A DNA stretch of 64,000 nt. It comes from Candidatus Peribacteria bacterium. Its GTDB lineage: Bacteria; Patescibacteriota; Gracilibacteria; Peribacterales; Peribacteraceae. Where the stretch lies: positions 6,816 to 70,815 of the forward strand of contig CALRGQ010000001.1 of the NCBI GenBank assembly GCA_943357915.1, in the 5' to 3' direction. The notes under the pieces are model-generated. The model was not told where the DNA came from. It searched no databases and saw only the letters and a program-made list of their open reading frames with translations. This document shows, piece after piece, positions 28,201 through 37,000 of the stretch (position 1 is the first letter of the stretch; the number at the start of each line of letters is the position of its first letter). The translations under genes and the position numbers were made by a program.

Positions 28201-28706
28201 GAATCAACGTTGATCGTCACAGAACCGCTCGTAAGCGCAACTGTCCCCGTTCCTGCGGTAAACGTAGAACCTGTATTCAGAGTGATGGCTCCTGCATTGG
28301 TGAAAGTTTGCCCATTCAATTGGAACGTACCTCCTGATTGGGTAAAAGTGGTAGACGTGAAAGAAGTATTGAGGGAAACAATGCCAGCGTAACCATTCTG
28401 AAACGTCGTTGTTGTGACGGTGAGGCTACTATTCACGACGGCTCCATTATCGCAATCTCTATCAAAGATAATCGTGTCAGTGGTCGTAGGAGCGGCGCTC
28501 GCATTCCCGCTGCCACAACTTGCTGGATCGGTTGTCTTCCAGTTACTCGCCACACTCGTACTTGCCCCATCATTTCCTACCCAGTAGAGCGTCGCAGCTT
28601 CTGCACTGAGAGGCACCATACAACCAATGGTCACAATCCCCGCGAGCCAGATATTCCGACTGCTCATACATACAGTGAGCCAGAAGGGGGCGAATGCTGA
28701 GATCAT
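25275..28706 (-). CDS. Secreted beta-helix-type repeat protein with LamG/concanavalin-like domain (last gene of the six-gene operon)
   Basis: Signal peptide ...IVTIGCMVPLSAEA. The Thr/Gly/Asn-rich region has three repeats of about 140 aa, each containing GTLTLSGTIRT(A/T)(N/K).W.Y. The LamG-like block is GLMAYWKFDETSGTTAADSSGFGHHGTY...LSIWIK...DEWHHVAAMYD...MFIYVDG...GLIDEARIYNRVLSSAEV. The tail is very basic. Confidence 0.8.
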   Translation of the reverse strand: MISAFAPFWLTVCMSSRNIWLAGIVTIGCMVPLSAEAATLYWVGNDGASTSVASNWKTTDPASCGSGNASAAPTTTDTIIFDRDCDNGAVVNSSLTVTTTTFQNGYAGIVSLNTSFTSTTFTQSGGTFQLNGQTFTNAGAITLNTGSTFTAGTGTVALTSGSVTINVDSTLSLYNLMIDGTTATTKTISNSDTLIVTNTLTLTDGLVSQTTIPAAGTIQAQGAIVQASTFDGGTARIEATGTGDQTFTGNATRTAGLLPLFRMNKSTGTLTLSGTIRTANNWNYSGGTLAFTNSTVVFGDAALSINGSHSLSNVIFDQNSATARTYTVKSDTTLIVNGTLTIDNSSTAIITINGGFIRSRGNISLPDSTMNHTGTTNLIIDGTSDQLLSGNATNSTGGLIPLNINKASGTLTLSGTIRTAKTWSYSGGTIDPGTSTVVFGATLTIAGSHTLNNVRFDGYKTAMTVTITSATTLTVNGGLTLDQGANAGVITMNTGTMYAKRDVTIADTLTHTGTAQLYINGTADQLLSSNSTNRIGDLIALTIDKPSGTLTLSGTIRTTKNWTYALGTLDATTNLSTVVFAGTQQLSGTHTLYNVTLTGSYASHTVQTGGTIITAAGTLTLSDGYVRGGILEATGDVVYESPFDGGNGTLRLSGNTVRTLTLAANDELPGLSITGPNVTMTAPSTGNMYIRGSYSQSAGTFNGQGSDVHITGDVSVSGGTFTAPSGTLTIIGTFTRTAGTFNHNSGEVILSASGRILTPPSSFHDVTLSEGLMAYWKFDETSGTTAADSSGFGHHGTYVGDPLYSSEYSSNHQFSNGGSLSLSGNDYIDMGDIEGLESTFSLSIWIKSVGASGMLMTKSVENTSTARKKQWALYTNDEPELWVFPPGSGTAVEQRSLTRMDDDEWHHVAAMYDAQNRQMFIYVDGDLTDGTLTSSNLPNYTYNSIQQVMIGAYINASSNPAIFFTGLIDEARIYNRVLSSAEVAALADGTQFPTVDYTLGASLVVADTLTLNHVDLDPSDNCYDIEYGSLTNSGGTIGSCRGSSGGSTATTTSTTSTSPSLVRGGGRGGIGPGARSTEGAKARAAIGASWRATPAKATSVKTTVGKKSVSQIRRILRVRTISTPSFLRKRSMINRLPHAFKAR

Positions 28707-30397
28707 TCAGCAGGGGCAAGGGGCAACGTCTCCTCTGTGCATGCCGGAATCATTTTTGCCTCCATCGCATCATACTTCGCCATATCCTCTGCGAAGTCGT
28801 TAGAACAATATCTCTTCCAGAATGTAGGATCTGTACTTTTTATTTCCTCATCACAATAACAACGTTTGACGGCATCCTCTTGGGTATACAACCCTGACAC
28901 ATATGGGTGACAATATGGATTAAACGTCCGCCTAGCGACGGCATCCAGCGTTTCCTTGCAATGGCCATCCACACACGAACGCGCGAGGAAATATGTCAGC
29001 TCAGGAATATACTTTTCCGGAAGCTCGGTATCGACAACTTTAATGAGTGCCTGCACCGCAGATTCCAGTGGAACGGATGCATCTTGCATACGCTGCAGTG
29101 CATCAGTGCTGCTACTTTCAAGAATGCCCATCTCGCGCTCAATATTGGAAGAGATTTCCCGCAGCTTGATGGACGTATCAGCCGTACGCGTAATGGCCAT
29201 GAAGAAGGAGTCGAACATGTCACTGATAAGATACCGAGGGAGCGGCCTTATGCCTCCGGTGTACTCACGCAGATCTGTAAACGAGCGCGTAAGGACGCCA
29301 GCGTTTGGCATGGTCAGAAAGTAATCGATCACCGGAAGATGCAACATTCCCGTTGGGAGCACATCTTCAGGCAACGGACTGTAGGTGTATGCCGGGGTGT
29401 CATCAATACGCAGATTATATGGCTCAAAGTAATCCGGGTACGCAGACAGAAGCGCATCGGTTTCGGCGGGATCTCCGGCTTCCAGATCTGGCTGGAGTGG
29501 CTTCAAACAACCCGACTGCTCGGCGTGTTCCGGCATCGGTTTGGCGCCGGGTGGCTCAGAGGCAGTAGTAGTGCCAGTCAAAACACCGATGACATTATTG
29601 AGGTTAAAGAGTGCTGTACTCACAGTGTCGTACAGTGAGCGTGACAGTTCGTCAGTACGCATCATGAAGTTCCTCAGTGTTGCAGCTTCTGTGTTATACG
29701 GAGGATCAATGATTTTCTCGAGAACGGTCGGATCACAACCAAAACTTCTGACATCAAATGACGCGTCGCCGGGTGCGGCACCTTCGCCAACGGGCGTTGG
29801 GAGAAAGCCAAGCGAATGCACACCGTAGTCTGTAGTGTATGGACAGAGTGGAGCGGTTGACCCAGTATCCGCAATAGGGCCTTTGGCACCAGCGTTTCGG
29901 AGGTCCATATCATGGAACGTGTAACGATAACGCAACCGATCATCTCGGTACGTCGGATTCGTCCCACCCTGCACAAACGATGCATACGCGCCGATGAGGA
30001 ACTCATACGTTTCCCGTAATGCCATACTGGTTGAGATTTTGCAGTTGTCCAAACTCAGCGCTTCATCCATTGCGTTCTGCACTTCGCGAATTTTGAGTTC
30101 TAGTAGATGCTTGTCACTCTGGAAACAGACCGTGCTTTCCCGGAGTGATGCAGCTTCGGCCTCGCGCTGCAATGCTGGGAACACAAGTTTCCGAATCACC
30201 GACTGGTTGTTTCTGATTTCGGACTGAAGTGTTTCACTCTCACATGACTTTTCCGGCAAACTCTGCGCGAGGCTGATGCCTTGGTCTGCGCGCTCAAGAA
30301 CCGCTTGTACCCACGGTGAGAGGGCTACGGTTCCGCTTGCAGCATGAGCCGAAAGCGGCATCACGAGAAAGCCTATGAGAAGAAAAAGATGCTTCAT
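28703..30397 (-). CDS. Secreted cysteine-containing hypothetical protein (operon gene 5)
   Basis: The start MKHLFLLIGFLVMPLSAHA is a signal peptide and overlaps the upstream stop as ATGA (30394-30397). The stop overlaps the next start as ATGA (28703-28706). No recognisable domain. Confidence 0.75.
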   Translation of the reverse strand: MKHLFLLIGFLVMPLSAHAASGTVALSPWVQAVLERADQGISLAQSLPEKSCESETLQSEIRNNQSVIRKLVFPALQREAEAASLRESTVCFQSDKHLLELKIREVQNAMDEALSLDNCKISTSMALRETYEFLIGAYASFVQGGTNPTYRDDRLRYRYTFHDMDLRNAGAKGPIADTGSTAPLCPYTTDYGVHSLGFLPTPVGEGAAPGDASFDVRSFGCDPTVLEKIIDPPYNTEAATLRNFMMRTDELSRSLYDTVSTALFNLNNVIGVLTGTTTASEPPGAKPMPEHAEQSGCLKPLQPDLEAGDPAETDALLSAYPDYFEPYNLRIDDTPAYTYSPLPEDVLPTGMLHLPVIDYFLTMPNAGVLTRSFTDLREYTGGIRPLPRYLISDMFDSFFMAITRTADTSIKLREISSNIEREMGILESSSTDALQRMQDASVPLESAVQALIKVVDTELPEKYIPELTYFLARSCVDGHCKETLDAVARRTFNPYCHPYVSGLYTQEDAVKRCYCDEEIKSTDPTFWKRYCSNDFAEDMAKYDAMEAKMIPACTEETLPLAPAE

Positions 30398-32355
30398 GGT
30401 GCGGGCGATACTGGGGTACACGGAGAATTTGTACACTGGCTTGTTCCAGGGCCCGGGACAATCTCACACATGTTGTTAATGCACTCCGTGTGGCTTAGCG
30501 CTGGCAAGGATGAACGGAACATACCAGTCCACGGACATGCACTTTGGGTGAGGGGAGCGCGCTTGAGTTCCAGAAACGTATCCGCGATGTGCTGCACAAA
30601 GAATGCGAGTTTTGCAAACATCTTGCGTTCCAGTTCTATCGACTGATCTAACGCCACGCGCTGGCCGATGGATGCAGCGATGGACGTGAAGTCATCACCG
30701 CGTTTCAAAAGAAATTTCTGAATATTCACCGTCGTCTGAGCATTCGTATGCTGACTCTGTATCGGAAGCGCAGCATTTTCGTTGTCGTTGTAGGCGCACA
30801 GACCAAGCAGCGGCTGCGGAGCATCACCATTTTTGGAGCAGTATTGCCTTTCAAAATCGCGTACCAAAAACTGTCCAAGATATTCAGGGAGTGGATAGGG
30901 TGAGTCTTCGGCGATCTCAGTGTAGAGCCCGAGCTGCGGATCTGGACGAATACAGGCTAAGTACGGCGACGTCGCTTCATTGAGTACCACCGGATTACGG
31001 TTGGGGATCAGCGTATGACCGTTCATCGACTGCTTCAGACAGAGGCTTATATAACAAGCATTGGATGTGATGTCATCGGGGTAGATTACTTTCTTTTCGG
31101 GCGAACAAATTTCACTCACGTCGGCTGCCGTGAGAGCCGGATTCACCTGGCCCCGGTTCTCGGGATCTTCGAGTGGCGTGCCGTTATCCGTAAAAAGATT
31201 TTTAAACCCTGGGCAGATCGAGGGACCGCTGGTTGTTTCGGTCACTGCGTCAGGATCTTCCGGACACTGGACAAGCATGATACTTGATCCGTCCCCTGTG
31301 TTGTCACAATTTTCTGCAGTCGGGGGTTGTGGACGGCACAAATAACCTTCACGTCCGATCATGCGACTACAGAGTGGAGACTTGATACCAGCACCTGAGG
31401 GAGGAATACCACCGCCATACGCAAAAGGGTACGCAAGATTCTCGCCATTCTTTTTGAATTCTGGATACTGATCTGCGGGATTAAGCGTCAGACGAAATGC
31501 ACCCGTCGGGTAGATCCACATCAAGCCAATATCGTCTTTACGCGCCCATAGCGCTACGTTATGAACACTCAGTTTTGGTGTCAGGAAAATACCGATGGCC
31601 TCAGGATTGCCGGGGGTAATCTTCAATGTATCTGCGATATTTTTCAGATCATATCCAACCGAATCAACAATGCCTGAAAATCTCGGATCTTTTTCTCGTT
31701 GATCACGGAAATATCCGTGGTGAAAACGCAGTACAGCTTTCTCTAGATCTTCTGGGCTAAGACTCGTGAGGTTCGTATCCAGTCCGGTCAGCTGAGCATC
31801 GGCAGTGCCATCCCACGGGATCACAGAAGCACCCGTACCGGACCACACTCGCCTCAGCAGCAGTGAATAGAGTGCCATATCCAGTGGCCGATGAGGTTCA
31901 TCCGCAACTGCGAGCTCTGAACTACTGGCAAGTGTCATGAGGTCAGCGCCAAAATTTTCTATGTCTTTCTCGGCATTCAGCAGCGACACAATACCAGACC
32001 GCAATGCGAGACAGCTGCCCGGCACCGTCGCAGCGCCCTGGATGAATTCGTATGGCTTACCAGCCATATCTTTTTTGTCCTGACAGAGTCCATCGTTCTC
32101 ACCGGTAAAGATCGTCCCTGCAATCGCACGGTCAATGTCATCAGCTGTGATCTGAATACCTCGGCCATTCCATGACTCAAATTCTTTGATAATAAACTGT
32201 GCGATTCGGTCCGTGGGTTTTGCATCAGACACAGATTGCTGCATTTGGTCATAGAAGAGATCAAACATCGTTTTTTTCGCCGGCTCTGCAGCCATGGTCA
32301 CGGAGGAACTGAGAGTTCCGATCATCACGCCGACAGTCAGAAGAAATATACGCAT
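30394..32355 (-). CDS. Secreted cysteine-rich hypothetical protein (operon gene 4)
   Basis: Signal peptide MRIFLLTVGVMIGTLSSSVTMA. 653 aa, with a Cys-rich C-terminus (SACPW...HTECINNMCEIVPGPGTSQCTNSPCTP). The start shares one nt with the upstream stop (TAATG). Confidence 0.75.
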   Translation of the reverse strand: MRIFLLTVGVMIGTLSSSVTMAAEPAKKTMFDLFYDQMQQSVSDAKPTDRIAQFIIKEFESWNGRGIQITADDIDRAIAGTIFTGENDGLCQDKKDMAGKPYEFIQGAATVPGSCLALRSGIVSLLNAEKDIENFGADLMTLASSSELAVADEPHRPLDMALYSLLLRRVWSGTGASVIPWDGTADAQLTGLDTNLTSLSPEDLEKAVLRFHHGYFRDQREKDPRFSGIVDSVGYDLKNIADTLKITPGNPEAIGIFLTPKLSVHNVALWARKDDIGLMWIYPTGAFRLTLNPADQYPEFKKNGENLAYPFAYGGGIPPSGAGIKSPLCSRMIGREGYLCRPQPPTAENCDNTGDGSSIMLVQCPEDPDAVTETTSGPSICPGFKNLFTDNGTPLEDPENRGQVNPALTAADVSEICSPEKKVIYPDDITSNACYISLCLKQSMNGHTLIPNRNPVVLNEATSPYLACIRPDPQLGLYTEIAEDSPYPLPEYLGQFLVRDFERQYCSKNGDAPQPLLGLCAYNDNENAALPIQSQHTNAQTTVNIQKFLLKRGDDFTSIAASIGQRVALDQSIELERKMFAKLAFFVQHIADTFLELKRAPLTQSACPWTGMFRSSLPALSHTECINNMCEIVPGPGTSQCTNSPCTPVSPAP

Positions 32356-33323
32356 TATTGTTTTCGGTCGTGAATGGACGTTGTCGCGTCCCAGATTTTT
32401 GGCATGCAGCTCACCGCATCGGCAAGAAGACTCATCTCATTCTTCAGGTCCAGCGAGGCACGCTGATAACAGACAAACTGGCGCGCAATCGCATAATTCA
32501 TCTCAAATGAACGCATGGTGCTGATTGTCCGCTCCACTGCAATGCGTGATACTTCTCGCTCCTGAAACAAGCTTGCATGCAGTGCGGGGGCTCGGCTTGC
32601 CAAATCAGACACAAATAATGCAACGGAACATTCATTGCCGCAGAACGGATCTTCCGTGAGTGGAGATAGACAGGCTGAAGCATCCTTCTGCTCCCTGCAA
32701 CCAGCTTCGATACAACAGAATTGCGTTGGGGTGTCTGAATCCTTCTTGAGATCAATGTCTTGATTACGCGACACTTCCGAAATTGTACGATCTTGCAATT
32801 CAGTGAGTTTACATTCGTACTCTCGCTGAAACTCAGCGACGATGGCGCCAAATGACGCAAATGTCACCGGCCGCGACACGGGAACAGTCGCTGCTCCAAA
32901 AAGCAGTGGCACTGTCACACGGTAATGCCAGCCGGGTAACTCGTTCGCAAGTTTCCGTAGCTCGGGAATTGCCGGTTCTCCGGAAGCTCCTGAGCCGCAT
33001 TTCCATTCGGACGGCGTCTTCAGAATCTTCTCTCGTTCGCCAACAACTGCAGACATGGATTTTTTATACATCGCACGAGCAAGACCAAGGTTTTCAATGT
33101 TCTGGAACATCGTGCCGTCTGATGAGCATGTACGCAGACTCTCTTCTGGTCTTCCTGATGAGCTGCTGCTAGTACCAGGTCCGCCAAGCACATCACCACG
33201 CAGAAACCGTGAAGAACCGGCAACCGCAAACAGAACGAGAATCGTGAGCACCAGGAGCTGATACTTTTTCAACATGAGTTTTGCCTGACGATAGCCAATG
33301 GTAAAAGATTTTTGCACGCTCAT
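32355..33323 (-). CDS. N-terminally membrane-anchored cysteine-rich hypothetical protein (operon gene 3)
   Basis: A TM segment or signal anchor (YQLLVLTILVLFAVAGSS) is followed by a Ser/Gly linker. I count 11 Cys. ATGA overlap with the upstream gene (33320-33323). Confidence 0.7.
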   Translation of the reverse strand: MSVQKSFTIGYRQAKLMLKKYQLLVLTILVLFAVAGSSRFLRGDVLGGPGTSSSSSGRPEESLRTCSSDGTMFQNIENLGLARAMYKKSMSAVVGEREKILKTPSEWKCGSGASGEPAIPELRKLANELPGWHYRVTVPLLFGAATVPVSRPVTFASFGAIVAEFQREYECKLTELQDRTISEVSRNQDIDLKKDSDTPTQFCCIEAGCREQKDASACLSPLTEDPFCGNECSVALFVSDLASRAPALHASLFQEREVSRIAVERTISTMRSFEMNYAIARQFVCYQRASLDLKNEMSLLADAVSCMPKIWDATTSIHDRKQ

Positions 33324-34054
33324 GGTGTGAGGTCGTCGGTATTTGGGTTATCACATTGCCCAATGAAACACGGAATTTGATGTAGTTTTCCGAGCATGTT
33401 CACCATCACGGAAATAGCTTTCACGACCTCAGTCGGAAATCCTTGGAGCATCCAATCCACCATACCTGCAAGCTGCAAAAGTGCGCGGTAGCCGCTGTCG
33501 TACGCCACAGCTAACCGCAGCACCGCACGTTCCCCCTCCAATGTTTCATCAGCCAATTGCTGACAGTTTCGGACGACACCCGTGGCTTCGGATTGGAGTT
33601 TGGCGTTTTCATCCGGTGTACCGGCAAAATAGCATTCACCGTACCGTTTCACTTCCTGCTTGGCACAGCCGAGAATCTTGAGGTCAAACGGCTCGGTGTT
33701 GTTATAGGAAAACGATGCAGTCGCAACCTGACAGACTGCAAGTGTGCGACAGCGGTACACACGGTAACTTTCGACTATCGGCTCTATGAGTTCCGATGTC
33801 ATCCGATTTTTTGTCTCGAAAATACCCGTGCGCTCTTCATCGGTCTGTCCGCCAGTAAGCGCGATAATCTTGTCATCATTGTCTTTACGACTTCCAAACA
33901 AGCGTGATCTCCACTCGTCATGAACCGTAGTCATTTCTTCGGTAATCTTCTGGAAACACGTACCTTGGTCAGCAGCACTGGCAAGTGGAACCCAGGACCC
34001 CAAGAGGGAAATAGTAGAGACTACCGCCGTCAGATTAAGAAATAATTTCTTCAT
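33320..34054 (-). CDS. Secreted cysteine-rich hypothetical protein (operon gene 2)
   Basis: Signal peptide MKKLFLNLTAVVSTISLLGSWVPLASA. I count 8 Cys in 244 aa. ATGA overlap with the upstream gene (34051-34054). Confidence 0.7.
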   Translation of the reverse strand: MKKLFLNLTAVVSTISLLGSWVPLASAADQGTCFQKITEEMTTVHDEWRSRLFGSRKDNDDKIIALTGGQTDEERTGIFETKNRMTSELIEPIVESYRVYRCRTLAVCQVATASFSYNNTEPFDLKILGCAKQEVKRYGECYFAGTPDENAKLQSEATGVVRNCQQLADETLEGERAVLRLAVAYDSGYRALLQLAGMVDWMLQGFPTEVVKAISVMVNMLGKLHQIPCFIGQCDNPNTDDLTP

Positions 34055-37000
34055 GGCACACGGGGAACGGTCAACTTGGTTATGATCGGCAAGTCTAGAT
34101 TTGGAAAGATCCGCTCCAGCGTTGTACGACTGGCGTTGATGTAAGGGTTCTGGTCTTCCTCTGGAAGTGAATTTTCGCGAATGCGAGCCGCAGCATACGT
34201 AAAATTACCACCTCTGCTATCGGGCATGAACCACTGCCATGTCGTCACCGTGCTCTTTTCCGGTGGCAAGAAATAACATACGACGTCTTCATGACATTCT
34301 TCCGGCATTTCTGCATTTCGACGTACAACACGCCCCGCAAAATCTTCATCCCGATTTGGCATCCAGCGCGAGAATAATCGCGCCAAGCGCTCCCGTAGGT
34401 CACTCTCTACGTGGATGATTTTGGCCGGATTGCCTTTCTCATCGTTGGTATCACTATGGTCAACTCTGGCCGAGTCCGAGAAGTGGCGATCATCATTTGA
34501 ATCTGGCGGAATCAGGATACTTGGCGGGAAACGGCAGTACGCACCACGCATGCTCTCTCGGTCGAGCGGGAAATTGTCATCGCCACCATCGATGGACTCA
34601 CCCGCAGCAAGCGCTGCCTCTTCGTTGATCTGTGTATCAATATCCGTACCATCAATCATGGTGCGAAAGTTCCTAAGAATAATTTTTGCTGCCTCAAGGT
34701 CAGAGGTTTCTGGCGGTCTAATAAGTGATTTATCGGGAAGCGTCACTTCCGGTACCGGAAAATCCTCGAAGATTTTTTCATCCGGCAGTTCCGGCAAATC
34801 TGGAAAATTATCTACAGTAGATGGCATAACACCGACGAGCGGTGGCGTCGGAAGATTCACACGAACCTGCACCGGCCACAATGTTGGAATCAGCCACGGC
34901 TCTGAGGGGAACTTCACATCTGAAAAATCAAAGAGTTGGTCTTTAGGTTGCTCATACTCAAGGTCCGTGAGGCTTTGCGGCGGTTGGTAACCTCGGTCAC
35001 GACTTTCCCCAGCCTCGACGTCTCCCCACCAGTCATCCAGAAGTGAATACACTGGCGCCGAATACCGTTGGTTGCTGCACCAGTACATCTGGCACGCATC
35101 GGTCTGGAGCATGGCTCGCTGCAAGAGCCGCCAAATACGCTTGAGTTCACGACGTTCTACCGCACGCTCCTGAGACGCCAGCAGAAGCTCACTATTCTCT
35201 TCATACCAGTCAGCAAAGTACTCACGAATTTTTTTCTGAGAGTCGTATAATTTTTGAAGATACGTCAGAAGTGCGCCACGCATGAGACGCGTTTTCTCGA
35301 CGTGGTCTCGGTACTGCTCTAGTTTTACTATCAGCGGATCTGCTTTGGTGGACATTTCCTGCAATGCCGAAGCCTGCGCAAGGAGAACTGCGCTTGCCAC
35401 GGGATCCGAGACAGCGGCACGTGTCGTCAGCTTGAGTGACTCCGTGAGTGTGTCTTGCTTCCAAAGTTTCCAATCTGCAATGCGCGCATCGATCTCGGTC
35501 ACTGATGCCAACGGTACCAATACCGGAATACGTACTTCCTGAATGGGCGCGACGAAGATGCGCTGAAACGACTTGAGCACGTTTCCAATGTCTTCAAGCC
35601 CCGCCTTGAGCGTGATCTCCACCATACCATCCGACCGCGAGACTGTCTGACTGACGTACTGAAACAGCGGGTCATCATCCGCAAGACCGACCAAAAATCT
35701 AGCCGGCATGATCAGTCTTGTTTGAGGATCGGCGGTCATTTTCAGTAACTCACGCTGCTGCGCTTCCAGATAGATAGCCATCTTGCGTTCATCACTATCA
35801 TCAAACTGATCAGTACGTGCATTTTTGGGTACCGTTTTGCTACCGGTTTGGCGAGTCGTAATGAGCGTTCCAAGAATGGCCGTGATATCGGTGGGGTCAT
35901 CAAACTTTTTCTGCTGTTCTTTTAGTTTTTTCATGTCGATCATCGTGAGATTCGTCTCAGTATCGGCTATCCAAGGATCCGGAACATTGCGGTTATCACG
36001 ATCCGGCTCACGCGTGATATCAACATCAGCTCCTGCCTCTGGCCCTTCATCCCGCTTCGGTGGTTGTTTCTGCTCATTCTCACCGAACCACTCGGGCTTC
36101 TTTGGAGTTTGCTCTCCATCTGTTGCAATGACAAATTCGCACTGCTCATCTTCTTTACTCGTCACAACTGTTTTTGGGTCAAACTCTTTGTAGTACTCAT
36201 AACACTCTGCTCGCACGTTCCAGGTGTTATCTGAACCGGGAGCAGTGACCGTAATACCGGGCTCCATAAAGTTGCCGGCATAATGGCGGTAGAACGAAGC
36301 TTGAACATCATCGATTATTTCCGGTTCATCTTCAATAACCGCTCCGGTGTCGGGATCTATATGGCAGACAGGCGGTGTATAAGAAAAGGATGGCGCATCG
36401 CGTGTGCGACAATCTTGGCCACGACACTCACTGGTGTAATCAAAGCAATATTTTTCTGGAACCGGACAGTCCGGATCGCCAATCATCGGACGACCTGCGG
36501 CATCGATGTCTGCCCCCATCTGTTTGATTGCATCAAAGAGTTTTTTGCACCATGTGGGCGTTGCCTTTTCCATCTTTTCTCCTCGCATGCACCACTGCAT
36601 GGGATTCATGTCAGTACTCGTGACGTCACACGCGGACCTAAAACCAAACGCGCTATCCGGGTACTCAAAGCCTCCACGCTCGCCAAGGCCACTGGAAGGC
36701 GCACCAAGGGGATCACTATTACCTCTTCCTGGAAGTGTCACTGTGTCCTCAGAACCATCTGGATTTACTGCAGAGAAACGTGGGACTGGTACGTTACCGA
36801 TGACAGCACCTTCTGCAGCATCAGATATTTTTTTGATGGTATCCAAAATACTTTGTACCCGTGACGGGGGATTGCTGACAAGGTTTTGACAGCTTGTTGT
36901 TGTTGCCGGAGAATTTGTGACTGACGTAAGGAGTGCGTCAATATATCCTGGTGGGAAAACTTCACGACTGCAGGCATAGGGGCCATATCCACTACAACTG

